The notes: generated by a model not told the origin, from the sequence alone. A DNA stretch of 64,000 bases from an uncultured archaeon (GCA_964534625.1 CAZHRF010000003.1:32001-96000), one strand, 5' to 3'. Positions 38,569 through 49,307 are shown, counted from the stretch's first letter. Program-made: numbers and translations.

Positions 38569-39674
38569 TAAGTGATAAAAATTTCCGAGATAAAAAGTTA
38601 GTCCAAAAAATACTTTTACAGTTACAAGCTGAAGCAAAGAAATTAGACAATCCTATCAAGATAATGCATGTTTGTGGTACTCATGAACATGAGGTTTCGC
38701 GCTGGGGTATTAGAAGTCTTCTTCCCAATAACATTTCTCTCATTGCGGGACCGGGTTGTCCAGTCTGTGTTTGTTCAGCTAAAGATATTGATGAAGTTTT
38801 ATGGATTGCCAAGACCCATAATGTCACTATTTGTACGTTTGGGGATATGATGCGCGTTCCTTCTTCTTCCGATTCACTTTATCAGGCACAGAGTAAAGGC
38901 ATTAATGTTAAAGTTGTATACAGTATAAGTGATGCAATTAAACTTGCTAAAAAAAATCCCAATACGGACTATCTTTTTTTTAGTGTCGGATTTGAGACCA
39001 CCGCTTGTACTACCGCCCTTGAAGTATTTAGGACAAAACTCCCCAATTTCTCCATCTATTCTTCTCACAAATTAATTCCTCCTGCAATGGAGCTCTTGTT
39101 ACAACGAGATGATATAGATTTTGATGGATATCTGGCACCAGGTCACGTTTCTACTATAATAGGTAGTACACCATATCAGATTTGTACAGAAAAATATAAC
39201 TTCCCAGTTTCGATTGCAGGTTTTGAACCTGTTGATATACTAAAAGGCATGTTTTCACTCACCAAACAGATTGTTAAAGGAGAGGCACGCGTTTCTAATG
39301 ACTATAGAAGATATGTAAAAGACGAAGGAAACGTTGCGGCCTTGAGTCTTATGGAAAGGGTTTTTACGATTTCTAATGCGAGATGGCGCGGATTGGGAGT
39401 ACTAGATAAAACAGGTTATGAAATTCATGAATCTTATTCTAGTATAGATGCTAAAAGCAAGTATAAGATCCCCGATCTACCCTTCAATGATTTACGTGGT
39501 TCTTGTATCTGTGACCAAGTTTTAATTGGAAAGAGTAAACCCAATTCTTGCAAATATTTCATGAAATCATGCACTCCTGAAAATCCCATAGGTGCTTGCA
39601 TGGTCTCTCATGAAGGTACTTGTAACATTGCAGCTGCGTATGAAGATATATTTTCAAAGGATCTTAACCCATAA
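38565..39674 (+). CDS. hypD: Hydrogenase maturation protein HypD
   Basis: MHVCGTHE, GPGCPVC, GFETT, PGHVS, GACMVSHEGTC. Confidence 0.97.
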   Translation: MISDKNFRDKKLVQKILLQLQAEAKKLDNPIKIMHVCGTHEHEVSRWGIRSLLPNNISLIAGPGCPVCVCSAKDIDEVLWIAKTHNVTICTFGDMMRVPSSSDSLYQAQSKGINVKVVYSISDAIKLAKKNPNTDYLFFSVGFETTACTTALEVFRTKLPNFSIYSSHKLIPPAMELLLQRDDIDFDGYLAPGHVSTIIGSTPYQICTEKYNFPVSIAGFEPVDILKGMFSLTKQIVKGEARVSNDYRRYVKDEGNVAALSLMERVFTISNARWRGLGVLDKTGYEIHESYSSIDAKSKYKIPDLPFNDLRGSCICDQVLIGKSKPNSCKYFMKSCTPENPIGACMVSHEGTCNIAAAYEDIFSKDLNP

Positions 39675-39730
39675 ATTTGGTTAAATGCAAAAAGTTAATT
39701 AGTTGGATTCTTTGCTTCACTTGATAAATT

Positions 39731-39973
39731 ATGTGTTTAGCAATACCTGCCAAAATCTGTGAATTTTTGGAAGAAAATCGTGTCATGGTAGACATATCTG
39801 GTGTAAAAAGAGAAGCTGATACCTCACTTATCTCCGAAGATTTAGCTATTGGTGATTATCTCTTGCTTCATACAGGTTTTGCTATTGCAAAGTTAGATCA
39901 CCAACAGGCACAAGATAGTCTTAAAGTATGGGATCAAATTGCAGAGTTAACACTAGAGTCCGATATTCAATAA
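39731..39973 (+). CDS. hypC: Hydrogenase chaperone HypC
   Basis: MCLAIP N-terminus, GDYLLLHTGFAI. Confidence 0.96.
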   Translation: MCLAIPAKICEFLEENRVMVDISGVKREADTSLISEDLAIGDYLLLHTGFAIAKLDHQQAQDSLKVWDQIAELTLESDIQ

Positions 39974-39980
39974 TTTCCCG

Positions 39981-40020
39981 TATAACTTTACCTAACATAG
40001 ATAATTTCGGTAAAGTTATA
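39981..40020. promoter_or_regulatory. 12-bp perfect inverted repeat TATAACTTTACC-N16-GGTAAAGTTATA
   Basis: Direct inspection; the right arm overlaps a BRE/TATA-like AAAGTTATAT. Confidence 0.45.
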
Positions 40021-40051
40021 TAGTTAGAAATTATCTAACATATGATTAACA

Positions 40052-40735
40052 ATGACTTTCAATAATGAAGATTCCAATGCACAAATATTAAGACTCATTA
40101 TTGATTTTTCTATAAAATCAAATCAGTTTTTGACTACTCATTTGTTAAAAGTTCTACCTGATGTCTTAGAACAAGAGAACTGCTCTTTGGATAACAATGA
40201 GATAAAACCGTTGGATGCCCTTTCTATGCTTAAAACTGAAAAAAAAGCACTCAATAACATAGATATAGCTTATATGATTATCCTTACCTGTCGTGGATAC
40301 AAATTTAAGAAGGGGATGGCAGATACAATATTTCTTTGTGAAAAAGACGCCATAAATCCTGATTTTACAGATTTAGCTAATGATAGACCACAGTTATCAC
40401 AAGAGTTCGAAATTAAAACAATAATATTAAAATCTATTCTCGAATCGTATAATAAAGATAATCAAACCTTAATTACTAATATACGTAGATCACTCCCCAT
40501 ATTTATTGAACGGGCAGAAGGAGTATCATATTCAGGAAGAAAATTAACAATAAATCAATGGATAAAGGAAAAGGAGAGTAATGGGGAATGGATAGGAACT
40601 GAAGTTTTGCGCAGCAATAGCCTTAACATTATCACATGGGCAATTGGCAATCTGATTATACTACAAACGAGAGGATACTATTTACAAGAAGTTCCTGCAT
40701 TAAAGGAAAATGAATACATATTCATTAAGGCATGA
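40052..40735 (+). CDS. Hypothetical protein with two internal repeats
   Basis: Both halves end in IIL(TC/QT)RGY; no family recognised. Confidence 0.7.
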   Translation: MTFNNEDSNAQILRLIIDFSIKSNQFLTTHLLKVLPDVLEQENCSLDNNEIKPLDALSMLKTEKKALNNIDIAYMIILTCRGYKFKKGMADTIFLCEKDAINPDFTDLANDRPQLSQEFEIKTIILKSILESYNKDNQTLITNIRRSLPIFIERAEGVSYSGRKLTINQWIKEKESNGEWIGTEVLRSNSLNIITWAIGNLIILQTRGYYLQEVPALKENEYIFIKA

Positions 40736-40907
40736 AGCATTCCACAATTTTTCCTTTTTATTTGAATCTATTTTTTAGATTGTCTTATTGTCAAAACCTT
40801 TATTTTACAAAAAAGTATTATACACGCTATTATAGTCGTTAAACCAAATCTTTTTTATATTCTTCAAACTCTTCTAAATTAGTCTTGAGTTGATAGAGTA
40901 GATAACC

Positions 40908-41417
40908 ATGTGTGAAAATTGTAAAGAGCTTAACAAAATTTTGAATACTCAACTTCCAGATAAGCTCATTGATAAAATTTCTAAGGTTGAAAGAAACCAT
41001 TTTGACATAGAGACGACTCCTGATAAAGCTTATAATCTAATGAAGTTCCTTCATGAAGAAGTTGGCATTTACTTTTTAAGTACAGTTTCAGGTTTCGAGG
41101 AGAAAGATCACTTAAGTGCTTGTTATCATGTTATGCACAGAAATGAACAAGATGAAACTGAAATTCCCATCAATTTTTATGTTTTAGGTATAGACAAGGA
41201 AAAACCTATAACGCCCTCAATGTGTGATTTTTTTATCAGTGCTGATTATTACGAGCGCGAGATTCATGATTTTTTTGGTATAGTCTTTGAGGGTCATCCC
41301 TATTTAGAACGAATAATTCTTCCTGAGGATTGGCCTTCAGATATTTATCCATTACGTAAAGAATATTCTTGGCAAGAATTAAAAGAGAAAGCAGAGGAGA
41401 TAGTTAGAAATGAATAA
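40908..41417 (+). CDS. Group 4 [NiFe]-hydrogenase NuoC-like subunit
   Basis: YEREIHDFFGIVFEGHP, LPEDWP...YPLRK. Confidence 0.93.
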   Translation: MCENCKELNKILNTQLPDKLIDKISKVERNHFDIETTPDKAYNLMKFLHEEVGIYFLSTVSGFEEKDHLSACYHVMHRNEQDETEIPINFYVLGIDKEKPITPSMCDFFISADYYEREIHDFFGIVFEGHPYLERIILPEDWPSDIYPLRKEYSWQELKEKAEEIVRNE

Positions 41418-42669
41418 AGAATTTCGCTCAAAATTTCGAATGGATCCTTATGGAAAAGGGGATGAACCCGAGGGGAGCGACTATAAGATTTTTGTTGGTC
41501 CTCAACATCCTTGGGCTGAAGAAGCTTGCAGATTTATCATACATTTAAAAGGTGAGGTTGTATCAGAAGCAGATATACGTATTGGCTTCAGTTTTAGAGG
41601 TATTGAAAAAGCAATGGAAAATAGAACATGGGTGCAAAACATCATGTTAGTTCCTCGTGCTTGTGGTATCTGTGGCGCCGTACATCAAACTGTCTATGTA
41701 CATGTCATTGAGGCTCTTGCGGGCGTAACCGAAAAAATATCCGATAGAGCGCGCTATATAAGAATGATATCTCTAGAAGCTGAACGCATTCATAGTCATA
41801 TGTTATGGTATGGCATATTAGCTCATGATGCGGGTTTCGATACTCTATTCCACATCGCTTGGAGAGATAGAGAAATAATAATGGATATTATGGAAGACAT
41901 AGGCGGGAATAGAGTCCATTATAGTCTTTCTTTACCTGGTGGTACTAGAAGAGATATAGATGCTACAAAAATTAAAAGAAATCTAGAAAAATTAAAAGAA
42001 TTAGAGAAACAGGTATTATATCATAAGCGCGTATATGAGGAAGAAGCGACACTAAGAGATCGTATCGCCGGTTTAGGTAGATTGTCAAAAAAAGATGCAG
42101 AATTATTGAATTGCGTTGGTCCCAATGCCAGAGGGTCGGGTGTTCCTTATGATGTAAGAAAAGCATATCCCTATGAACTTTATGATAAAATAGATTGGAA
42201 ACCGGTTTATTATACGGGGGGAGAACCTTATGACGTGGGTTTAACACGACTAGATGAAGTTTTAGAGTCTATCAATATTATGAGACAATGTTTTGATGCT
42301 TTAGAAACAGAGCATGGTGAAACGCTCATAAAAGTCAGCAATAGACTGCCAGAGGGGCGACACATATCTAGAGCTGAAGCTCCAAGAGGTGAAGACATAC
42401 ATTTTGGCATAGCAAATGGAACAGACACACTTGATAGATATAAAATAAGATCACCTTCTTTAGCTAATATAGATGCTACACTAAAGAGATTAGATGGAGA
42501 ATATATAGCAGATGTACCTGTAATTTTAAGAACATATGATCCTTGTTTCTCTTGTACAAATAGGATCCTTTTAATAAAGGAAGATACTAATGAGAAGATG
42601 CTTCTAACTCAAGATGAATTTGCTAGAAAAGCGACAATGGCAAAGAAGTATAACAGGAGATTTTTCTAA
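41410..42669 (+). CDS. Group 4 [NiFe]-hydrogenase large catalytic subunit
   Basis: GPQHP, RACGIC (L1), EAPRG, DPCFSCTNR (L2) and a cleavable C-terminal extension. Confidence 0.95.
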   Translation: MNKEFRSKFRMDPYGKGDEPEGSDYKIFVGPQHPWAEEACRFIIHLKGEVVSEADIRIGFSFRGIEKAMENRTWVQNIMLVPRACGICGAVHQTVYVHVIEALAGVTEKISDRARYIRMISLEAERIHSHMLWYGILAHDAGFDTLFHIAWRDREIIMDIMEDIGGNRVHYSLSLPGGTRRDIDATKIKRNLEKLKELEKQVLYHKRVYEEEATLRDRIAGLGRLSKKDAELLNCVGPNARGSGVPYDVRKAYPYELYDKIDWKPVYYTGGEPYDVGLTRLDEVLESINIMRQCFDALETEHGETLIKVSNRLPEGRHISRAEAPRGEDIHFGIANGTDTLDRYKIRSPSLANIDATLKRLDGEYIADVPVILRTYDPCFSCTNRILLIKEDTNEKMLLTQDEFARKATMAKKYNRRFF

Positions 42670-42672
42670 CAG

Positions 42673-43176
42673 GTGGAAAAGATGGAAAAAAAACAAAAGA
42701 GACCTAAAAAGAAACTATTAACAATGGGAGCAGAAGCAATTAAAAATCAAGCTTTGGGCCCCGTAACAATGCATGTACTAGAAAGAATAGAAAAACATCC
42801 ACCACCAGAAGATATCCGCGGATTACCCAAAATAATTGAAGATCGGTGTATCTTATGTGCCACTTGTGTTCGGGTTTGTCCAACACATTGTCTAGAAATA
42901 GAGAAGGCAAAAGGAAGAGAAGGAAAAGACAATGGAATGATATGGATCCTTCGTCCGCAATGTATGGTGTGTGGAAATTGCCAAACATATTGTCCAACAG
43001 ATGCAATTATAGTAAATGGGGGAGAATGGTTAAGTGCAACATTTGATTTACACCATGATTATGAGATTTTAGTGGCAAAAGGTACCTACAAAGAAAAGGT
43101 AAAAGAAAAAATGGAACAATTACGAAAACAAGGCGATGAAGTTGAAAAAGGGAGAAAGGCATTTAGAGGAGAATAA
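42673..43176 (+). CDS. 2[4Fe-4S] NuoI-like hydrogenase subunit
   Basis: CILCATCVRVCP and CMVCGNCQTYCP. Confidence 0.92.
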   Translation: MEKMEKKQKRPKKKLLTMGAEAIKNQALGPVTMHVLERIEKHPPPEDIRGLPKIIEDRCILCATCVRVCPTHCLEIEKAKGREGKDNGMIWILRPQCMVCGNCQTYCPTDAIIVNGGEWLSATFDLHHDYEILVAKGTYKEKVKEKMEQLRKQGDEVEKGRKAFRGE

Positions 43177-43188
43177 GGAGGAAAAAAA

Positions 43189-43710
43189 TTGAAACTTGCA
43201 GAAAAAATAGCCTGGAAAGCGAGATTAAAATCTCCATGGATAATACATTTCAACTCAGGAGGCTGTAATGGTTGCGATATCGAAATAGTAGATATGCTAA
43301 CACCAAGGCATGATATCGAACAATATGGAATGTTACTAAAAGGAACACCAAGACAAGCTGACATATTGGTGTGCACAGGTCCAGTAACAGTACAGGTGGC
43401 AAAAAGATTAAAGAGAATATATGAGCAAATGCCAGAACCAAAGTTTGTAGTGGCAATAGGAAATTGTGCAACGACAGGAGGAGTATTCCAAGAATGCCCA
43501 TTTGTTATGGGAGGTATAGATAAAATATTACCTGTTTCAGCTTGGGTATATGGATGTCCCCCCCGTCCAGAAGCTATGATCGCCGCGATTGCAAAATTGT
43601 TGGCTAAAGCCGAAGAAGATATGCTAGGGATTAAGGAGAACAGTAAGGAAAACGATAATAGAAATGTTACCGAACCCAAAAATATTCATGAACACAAAAA
43701 ACAAGAATAA
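43189..43710 (+). CDS. Group 4 [NiFe]-hydrogenase small (NuoB-like) subunit
   Basis: GCNGCDIE, PRQAD, GNC, GCPPRPE. Confidence 0.95.
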   Translation: MKLAEKIAWKARLKSPWIIHFNSGGCNGCDIEIVDMLTPRHDIEQYGMLLKGTPRQADILVCTGPVTVQVAKRLKRIYEQMPEPKFVVAIGNCATTGGVFQECPFVMGGIDKILPVSAWVYGCPPRPEAMIAAIAKLLAKAEEDMLGIKENSKENDNRNVTEPKNIHEHKKQE

Positions 43711-43724
43711 TTTTTCTTCTTTGT

Positions 43725-44675
43725 CTATTTTATACTTTCCAGTCTCTCTTTCAACCAACAAGCCTTACAAAGGTTTCCTGCTGTTGCTTCACCACATTTA
43801 TGACAGTCTTTTAATTGTTTTTTTGATTTTATGTTCTGTAGTAGAGGTAATAACTTATCATAGCCAGCTAGTATGTTAAATGCTATCATTGGTTGCTCGT
43901 TTTGTGCTTTAAACATGAACTCTCTTATCACCCCTCTATATGCTTCAACAGCATATGGACAAGGAATTTCTTGATAGTCTAAATCATTTAAGTAACAGTA
44001 CATTACTATTTCTGCTTGTGGCACCATTCTAAAAGGTTTAGCCCGAGGTACTAAACTTTCATGTATCTTTCGAGGAGTTGGATTTAATCTAGCTAACCTC
44101 ATTATATCGCCTCTAGTGATATTCAGTAATATTGTCTCTGCTTCATCTTCTAAATTATGTCCTGTTGCTACCACATCTACTTTCTCTTCTCTTGCTGCTT
44201 GATTCAACAACTTTCTTCTCAGTATCCCACAATAGCTGCATGCACCGTATTTCCTTTGTTCTCCGCGTTCTCCCAATTGTTCAATTAAAGCATCCAAACT
44301 ATATCCAAAATCCTGTTTAAAGGATAAAATCTGATGTTCAATATCAAGTTGTTGTACATGTTTTCTGGCATAGAATAATCCTTCATCTCTATAACCCTCG
44401 ATTCCTTCATCAATTGTTATTGCCATTAATTCGGATTTTGGGAAATCTTCTTCTATTTTTTTTAAAACGTGTAATAAAGCGATACTATCTTTTCCGCCTG
44501 ATATACCCACCCCAATCCTATCTTTTCTTCCAAAGAGCTTGTACTTCGATATAGTCTTTTTTACTCTGCGTTCTAATTGTTCATTAAAATGATGATGACA
44601 TAAAGGAGATTTATCATAAGGACGAACATACACAACTTCATCTGTTCCACAAAACATACATTTCATATTAATCAC
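43725..44675 (-). CDS. tRNA 2-thiolation enzyme (NcsA/TtuA/Ncs6 family)
   Basis: SGGKDS PP-loop, CSYCGILRR, TGHNLED, CPY, terminal Zn fingers. Confidence 0.92.
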   Translation of the reverse strand: MINMKCMFCGTDEVVYVRPYDKSPLCHHHFNEQLERRVKKTISKYKLFGRKDRIGVGISGGKDSIALLHVLKKIEEDFPKSELMAITIDEGIEGYRDEGLFYARKHVQQLDIEHQILSFKQDFGYSLDALIEQLGERGEQRKYGACSYCGILRRKLLNQAAREEKVDVVATGHNLEDEAETILLNITRGDIMRLARLNPTPRKIHESLVPRAKPFRMVPQAEIVMYCYLNDLDYQEIPCPYAVEAYRGVIREFMFKAQNEQPMIAFNILAGYDKLLPLLQNIKSKKQLKDCHKCGEATAGNLCKACWLKERLESIK

Positions 44676-45862
44676 AGTAAAAGCATAGAAAGCAAAATGT
44701 TTGACACTATTAATGCCAGACTACAAATTCTGATTATACGCATTAATTTTTTTATCTCGTTTTCTTTTTTACCTCTGTTTTCTAAATAAGACTCTAGTAT
44801 TTTATCTCCATCTGTAATCTTTAAGGGTAACATATTCATGAATACAGCTATTACTCCAATGTTTATTGTGTATAATACTTCTGTCTTCCAATAATAAGGT
44901 ATAAATGGGTTCAGAGATCCTTTTGGTGGAAAATAATTCGTAATACTAATCCCTAGATAATATGAATCGGTCTCTTGCTCTGTTATTGGATTATTTCTTG
45001 TTGGTATAAGAGAGATATTTTTCTCATCCAAAAATAAAATAATTATTAATTGGTTTTCTGTTAAATTCGAGATATAATTAAGATAGTCATTAGTTCCATT
45101 TAGGCGCGTGTATTCAATACCATTATCATTATCTTTTATACTGCCAAAATGGGTGATTACATCTCCTTTGACAATTCCAGCTTCATCTGCAGGTGTATCT
45201 TCATATATTTTTGTTACAAGTACTCCACTTGTTTCCTTGTAACCTATTTGATTAAATACTGGCGTTAAAAGTAATAAGATTAAGAAAACAAGTGCGATCA
45301 CTGCATTAATAATTGAGCCATTTAACAAAATTTTTAATTTTGATTTAAAAGAAGCTTTTTTCATTCTTTCTTCTACAAGTTCAACAAATCCCCCAAAAAG
45401 GACACCAAATAAGAAAATACCAGCTGATTCGATTCCCACCCCTTCTCTAACGGCCATTACTGCGTGCCCTATCTCATGAGAAACCAAAATCAGTACTATT
45501 GGGACTACCAGCAATAGCATTTGCTCCCAACTTACTGTAACACCAGGAATGATAACTTGTATTCCCGTAGCTGCTATTGAACCAAATACTAACAAAAATG
45601 GATTAACGACAAATAACACCAATAATAGAACACATATCAATCCTACTGGTACAATACCTATTCTAAAAACAAAAGTCCATAATTTTTTTCCTTTTTCTCC
45701 TAGTTTTGCTAGCATTTTATTAAAACGCTTTATTCGAAATAAAAACCCTAGTGGGGTAATATATACACCATATTTGTCTAATCTCAATTTATTTCCTAAT
45801 AAAGATAACATAGTCATTACTATGAAATACCCTAGGACCACAATTAGTACCGTAATATCCAT
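44672..45862 (-). CDS. Site-2 protease (M50) with PDZ domain
   Basis: HEIGH, NMLP...DG, TM segments, TPADEAGIVKGDVI. Confidence 0.92.
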   Translation of the reverse strand: MDITVLIVVLGYFIVMTMLSLLGNKLRLDKYGVYITPLGFLFRIKRFNKMLAKLGEKGKKLWTFVFRIGIVPVGLICVLLLVLFVVNPFLLVFGSIAATGIQVIIPGVTVSWEQMLLLVVPIVLILVSHEIGHAVMAVREGVGIESAGIFLFGVLFGGFVELVEERMKKASFKSKLKILLNGSIINAVIALVFLILLLLTPVFNQIGYKETSGVLVTKIYEDTPADEAGIVKGDVITHFGSIKDNDNGIEYTRLNGTNDYLNYISNLTENQLIIILFLDEKNISLIPTRNNPITEQETDSYYLGISITNYFPPKGSLNPFIPYYWKTEVLYTINIGVIAVFMNMLPLKITDGDKILESYLENRGKKENEIKKLMRIIRICSLALIVSNILLSMLLL

Positions 45863-46018
45863 TTTTTCTCCTTGTATTGCTTTATCTTATACCCTTTAAT
45901 AATTATTGTTTTGTCTGGTTTTGTGCTCATCTTTATTCGTTGTACATCATTTTAATTAAGCTTCTATCTAGTAATTAATGCAATTATTTTTATGTAACGT
46001 CTATTGATACCCACATAG

Positions 46019-47131
46019 ATGGGGCAGCTAATAAAATGGTATGGAGATAAAACAACGGGTAAACCTCCAAAAGGATGCGAGTTATGTGCTTTAGGTGCTA
46101 AATTGGTTATATTTATTACGGGAGTCTGTCCAAACAGGTGCTATTACTGTTCTATCTCAAAAGAAAGAAGATATAAGATTACCTTTGCTAATGAACAGCC
46201 TATTACAGATATTTCTGAAGCAATTACTGAAGCGGAAAAGATATCAGCTCTTGGAGCAGGAATTACTGGTGGAGAACCCACTCTTGAAATCAACAAAATT
46301 TTGCAATATATTACTGCTTTCAAATTACATTTTGGATCAGAGTTTCACTTTCATCTTTATACTTCGGTTCCATTAAATCATGATGAATTATTCTCTTTAC
46401 ATAAAGCAGGTCTTGATGAAATACGATTCCATCCCCCAAGATTAGATTTAACTCAAAAAATGAAAAACACGATATTCCATGCAAACCATCTAAATTGGGA
46501 TTTGGGCTTTGAAATCCCAGTAATCCCAAATTTACCCCATAAAGTAGAAACAATAATACACTTTGCCATCAATAATAATATTGATTTTATAAATTTTAAT
46601 GAATTTGAATTTACTCAAACGAATTATCACGAATTAAAAAAAAGGGGATTTAAACCTAAAAACAGCTTTACTGCTGCTGTTCAAGGAAGTGAAGAAATTG
46701 CGCTCGGACTACTTAAAAAATATGAAGAAGAAAACATCATCTTGCATTACTGTTCTTCCAGTTTTAAAGATGGAGTACAATTAACTAATCGATTTCTACG
46801 ACGGGCAAAGAATACAGCCAGACAGTTTGATGAGATAACACCAGAAGGACTACTTAATCGAGGTAGAATAACAACTACCAATAAACAATCACTCCATGAG
46901 ATAGCTCAATTTATTAAAGAGCAACTAGAAGTTCCTGAAGAATTAATAGAAATACAGAACGAAGTAAATACAATTCTTACCCATTGTTCAATAGTAAAAG
47001 AGATTGGCCAAGAATTAACAGAAATATTTCCAGATATTACTCGAGTAGATATAATCGAACAATATCCGTATCCAAACGGTTTTGTTACTTATAGTGACCC
47101 GATTTATGAAAAAGAAGAAAAATCCACTTAA
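46019..47131 (+). CDS. Radical SAM protein (conserved archaeal family)
   Basis: GCELC, CPNRCYYC, ITGGEP, LDEIRFHP. Confidence 0.9.
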   Translation: MGQLIKWYGDKTTGKPPKGCELCALGAKLVIFITGVCPNRCYYCSISKERRYKITFANEQPITDISEAITEAEKISALGAGITGGEPTLEINKILQYITAFKLHFGSEFHFHLYTSVPLNHDELFSLHKAGLDEIRFHPPRLDLTQKMKNTIFHANHLNWDLGFEIPVIPNLPHKVETIIHFAINNNIDFINFNEFEFTQTNYHELKKRGFKPKNSFTAAVQGSEEIALGLLKKYEEENIILHYCSSSFKDGVQLTNRFLRRAKNTARQFDEITPEGLLNRGRITTTNKQSLHEIAQFIKEQLEVPEELIEIQNEVNTILTHCSIVKEIGQELTEIFPDITRVDIIEQYPYPNGFVTYSDPIYEKEEKST

Positions 47132-48270
47132 ATTGTTGGTAAGGGGAACCTTAACAAAGCCGCTACTCCTCCTAGTTCAGATAATTTTTCACCTGTTTCA
47201 TGCATTATCGACATAAAAACGGTTTTTCCTCCTTTTTGTTTAGTCTCTTCCACTAATTCATCAATTAATGCTCGTTTTTCAACATCCAAAACTTGTAACA
47301 TATCATCAGAGATCATTAAAGTCTCCACAGCTCCCATTTCTATTGCCCTTCTCACACTATCTAAACCATAAGTAGCGTTGTCTGTTTCTTTTCCTATTCT
47401 TCTATAAAATTCTTCCAATAACTGAGTTTCAAAGACCACTCTTTGTTTTTTTGCTATTTTTTCAGGTAATTTCCTTGATAAAACCTCATGCAAGCCTACT
47501 TTTCCTCCCGTATGTGCATGGACATGTTGTATTTTTTCTAGTAAACTTGGATCCCGTTTTTTTACAAAATCGAGGAATTCTTCTGCAGTAAAACCCGGAC
47601 CAGCTATAATAATAACCTCGGGTTCATATTGATCTGTGGTGTCTTTAATAATTTGATGTAACTCTTTAAAGAAATTACCTTTTGTTGTTGAATGTTGCTT
47701 TGCATCACTAAACTTACGAGTTATAGCTGAAGAAACTTCAGTAATAATTTTCACTTGAAAAGGAGTAACCAATGCTATACAAGCAGTACCCTCATCTAAG
47801 GTAATAATTAATATTTGGGAACGCATGGAATCTTCTTTAGCCTCTTCTATTATCTGTCTTTCTGAAGATTTCCATTCGTTTTTTGTCAATCTTGCTTTTT
47901 CCATAGTTGAAAGGGCAATTGTGTGATAACTACCTAAAGATATAAGATCCTCGTTTCCTGCAACAATAATTCCCTTGACACGTAAAGTATCACCAAAACC
48001 ACCAAAAGCGAATTCTTCAACTTCTATTTCTAACGTCATCTTTACCCGTTCACCAGTATCAGCACGACCGAACTCATCATTTCTTCTAATTCTTCTGCTA
48101 GTTTCAGCCCTAAGAAGATCACTTGGTTTTAGAATTCGATATATAGCATAAAGATCACCCGAAGTTTCGGGAATAAATTCTATAATTCCATGATTATAAT
48201 CTAAAGTTAAAATTTTCAAAGTAATTTCACTACTATTATAATAAAAAAGATACAAATAAAAAACTTTCAT
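47128..48270 (-). CDS. pelA: Pelota (ribosome rescue factor)
   Basis: LRVKG, GSYHT, IAGPGF, YG...GAVETL, LGGVAALLRFP; the true start is probably slightly downstream. Confidence 0.95.
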   Translation of the reverse strand: MKVFYLYLFYYNSSEITLKILTLDYNHGIIEFIPETSGDLYAIYRILKPSDLLRAETSRRIRRNDEFGRADTGERVKMTLEIEVEEFAFGGFGDTLRVKGIIVAGNEDLISLGSYHTIALSTMEKARLTKNEWKSSERQIIEEAKEDSMRSQILIITLDEGTACIALVTPFQVKIITEVSSAITRKFSDAKQHSTTKGNFFKELHQIIKDTTDQYEPEVIIIAGPGFTAEEFLDFVKKRDPSLLEKIQHVHAHTGGKVGLHEVLSRKLPEKIAKKQRVVFETQLLEEFYRRIGKETDNATYGLDSVRRAIEMGAVETLMISDDMLQVLDVEKRALIDELVEETKQKGGKTVFMSIMHETGEKLSELGGVAALLRFPLPTI

Positions 48271-48365
48271 ATTCAGAGATTTAATAAAGAATGCCTATAT
48301 ACTCATCGCATTTTCAATATAGTTTTTATATCATCATATTATGATATAAAAGTGGAGAAAATCAC

Positions 48366-48776
48366 ATGGGAAAAAAACTAGCATCGGATTATGAGAGAAG
48401 ATTAGCGAATAAATTTTGGGATAATGGTTTTGCGGTTATTAGGGCGCCATCTTCTTCAGGGACATCTAGAATGCCTCGACCAGATATTTTTGTTGGTTCA
48501 GCAGAGAAGAATCAAATGTATGCTATTGAAATTAAAACATCGAGACAAGATACTTTCTATGTACAAAAAGATCAAATTGATGGGTTGATCCTATTTTCAA
48601 AAAGAATGGGGGCAAAATCACTCTTAGCTGTGAAGTATGTAGGGTATCAAATGAGGTATAGGTTTTTAAGAGTACCCGAAGATTTAGTTGAAAGTAGTGG
48701 TAACAGTTATCGCGTAAATATAGACTATGTAAGAGAATATGGATTAACGTTTACTAAATTAGTGTTTAAAAAATAA
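48366..48776 (+). CDS. hjc: Holliday junction resolvase Hjc
   Basis: ERRL...GFAVIRAPSS...PDI...IEIK. Confidence 0.92.
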   Translation: MGKKLASDYERRLANKFWDNGFAVIRAPSSSGTSRMPRPDIFVGSAEKNQMYAIEIKTSRQDTFYVQKDQIDGLILFSKRMGAKSLLAVKYVGYQMRYRFLRVPEDLVESSGNSYRVNIDYVREYGLTFTKLVFKK

Positions 48777-48797
48777 TTATGAATAACAGAAAACATC

Positions 48798-49265
48798 TTG
48801 GGGGCGAATGATATCTCAAATAGTAATATTAGGGTAATGGGAAAAGAGGATTTAGATGTTGTTTATAATATCGAACGTAAAACATTCCCTAATCCATTCA
48901 ATCAGACATTAATTCGTAGTATTTTTTTTCATAATCCTCATTTATGTTTAATTATTGAAATAAATACAAAAGTAATTGGATTTGTGTTAGGTGGGAAAAC
49001 ATCACATACGAATCAGAATCACATACTCTCATTTGCAATATTAAAAGATTATCAAGGAAAAGGGTATGGAAGTGAACTTCTTAGAAAGTACATAGATCTC
49101 TCGAAAATGTTTGGATATGAATCAATTATATTAGAAGTACGTATAGATAATCAGCAAGCCATTAAACTATATGAAAAATTTAAGTTCAAGAAAACACACA
49201 CTATCAGAAAATACTATGAAGACAAATGTGATGCATATGTATATGTATTAAACATTAGAAACTAA
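48798..49265 (+). CDS. GNAT N-acetyltransferase (RimI/Ard1-like)
   Basis: HILSFAI, YQGKGYG, LEVR..N..AIKLY, YYED. Confidence 0.92.
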   Translation: MGANDISNSNIRVMGKEDLDVVYNIERKTFPNPFNQTLIRSIFFHNPHLCLIIEINTKVIGFVLGGKTSHTNQNHILSFAILKDYQGKGYGSELLRKYIDLSKMFGYESIILEVRIDNQQAIKLYEKFKFKKTHTIRKYYEDKCDAYVYVLNIRN

Positions 49266-49307
49266 AAACTAAATTAAACCAGGTTTTCATATTGTGTATC
49301 AAGAGTT

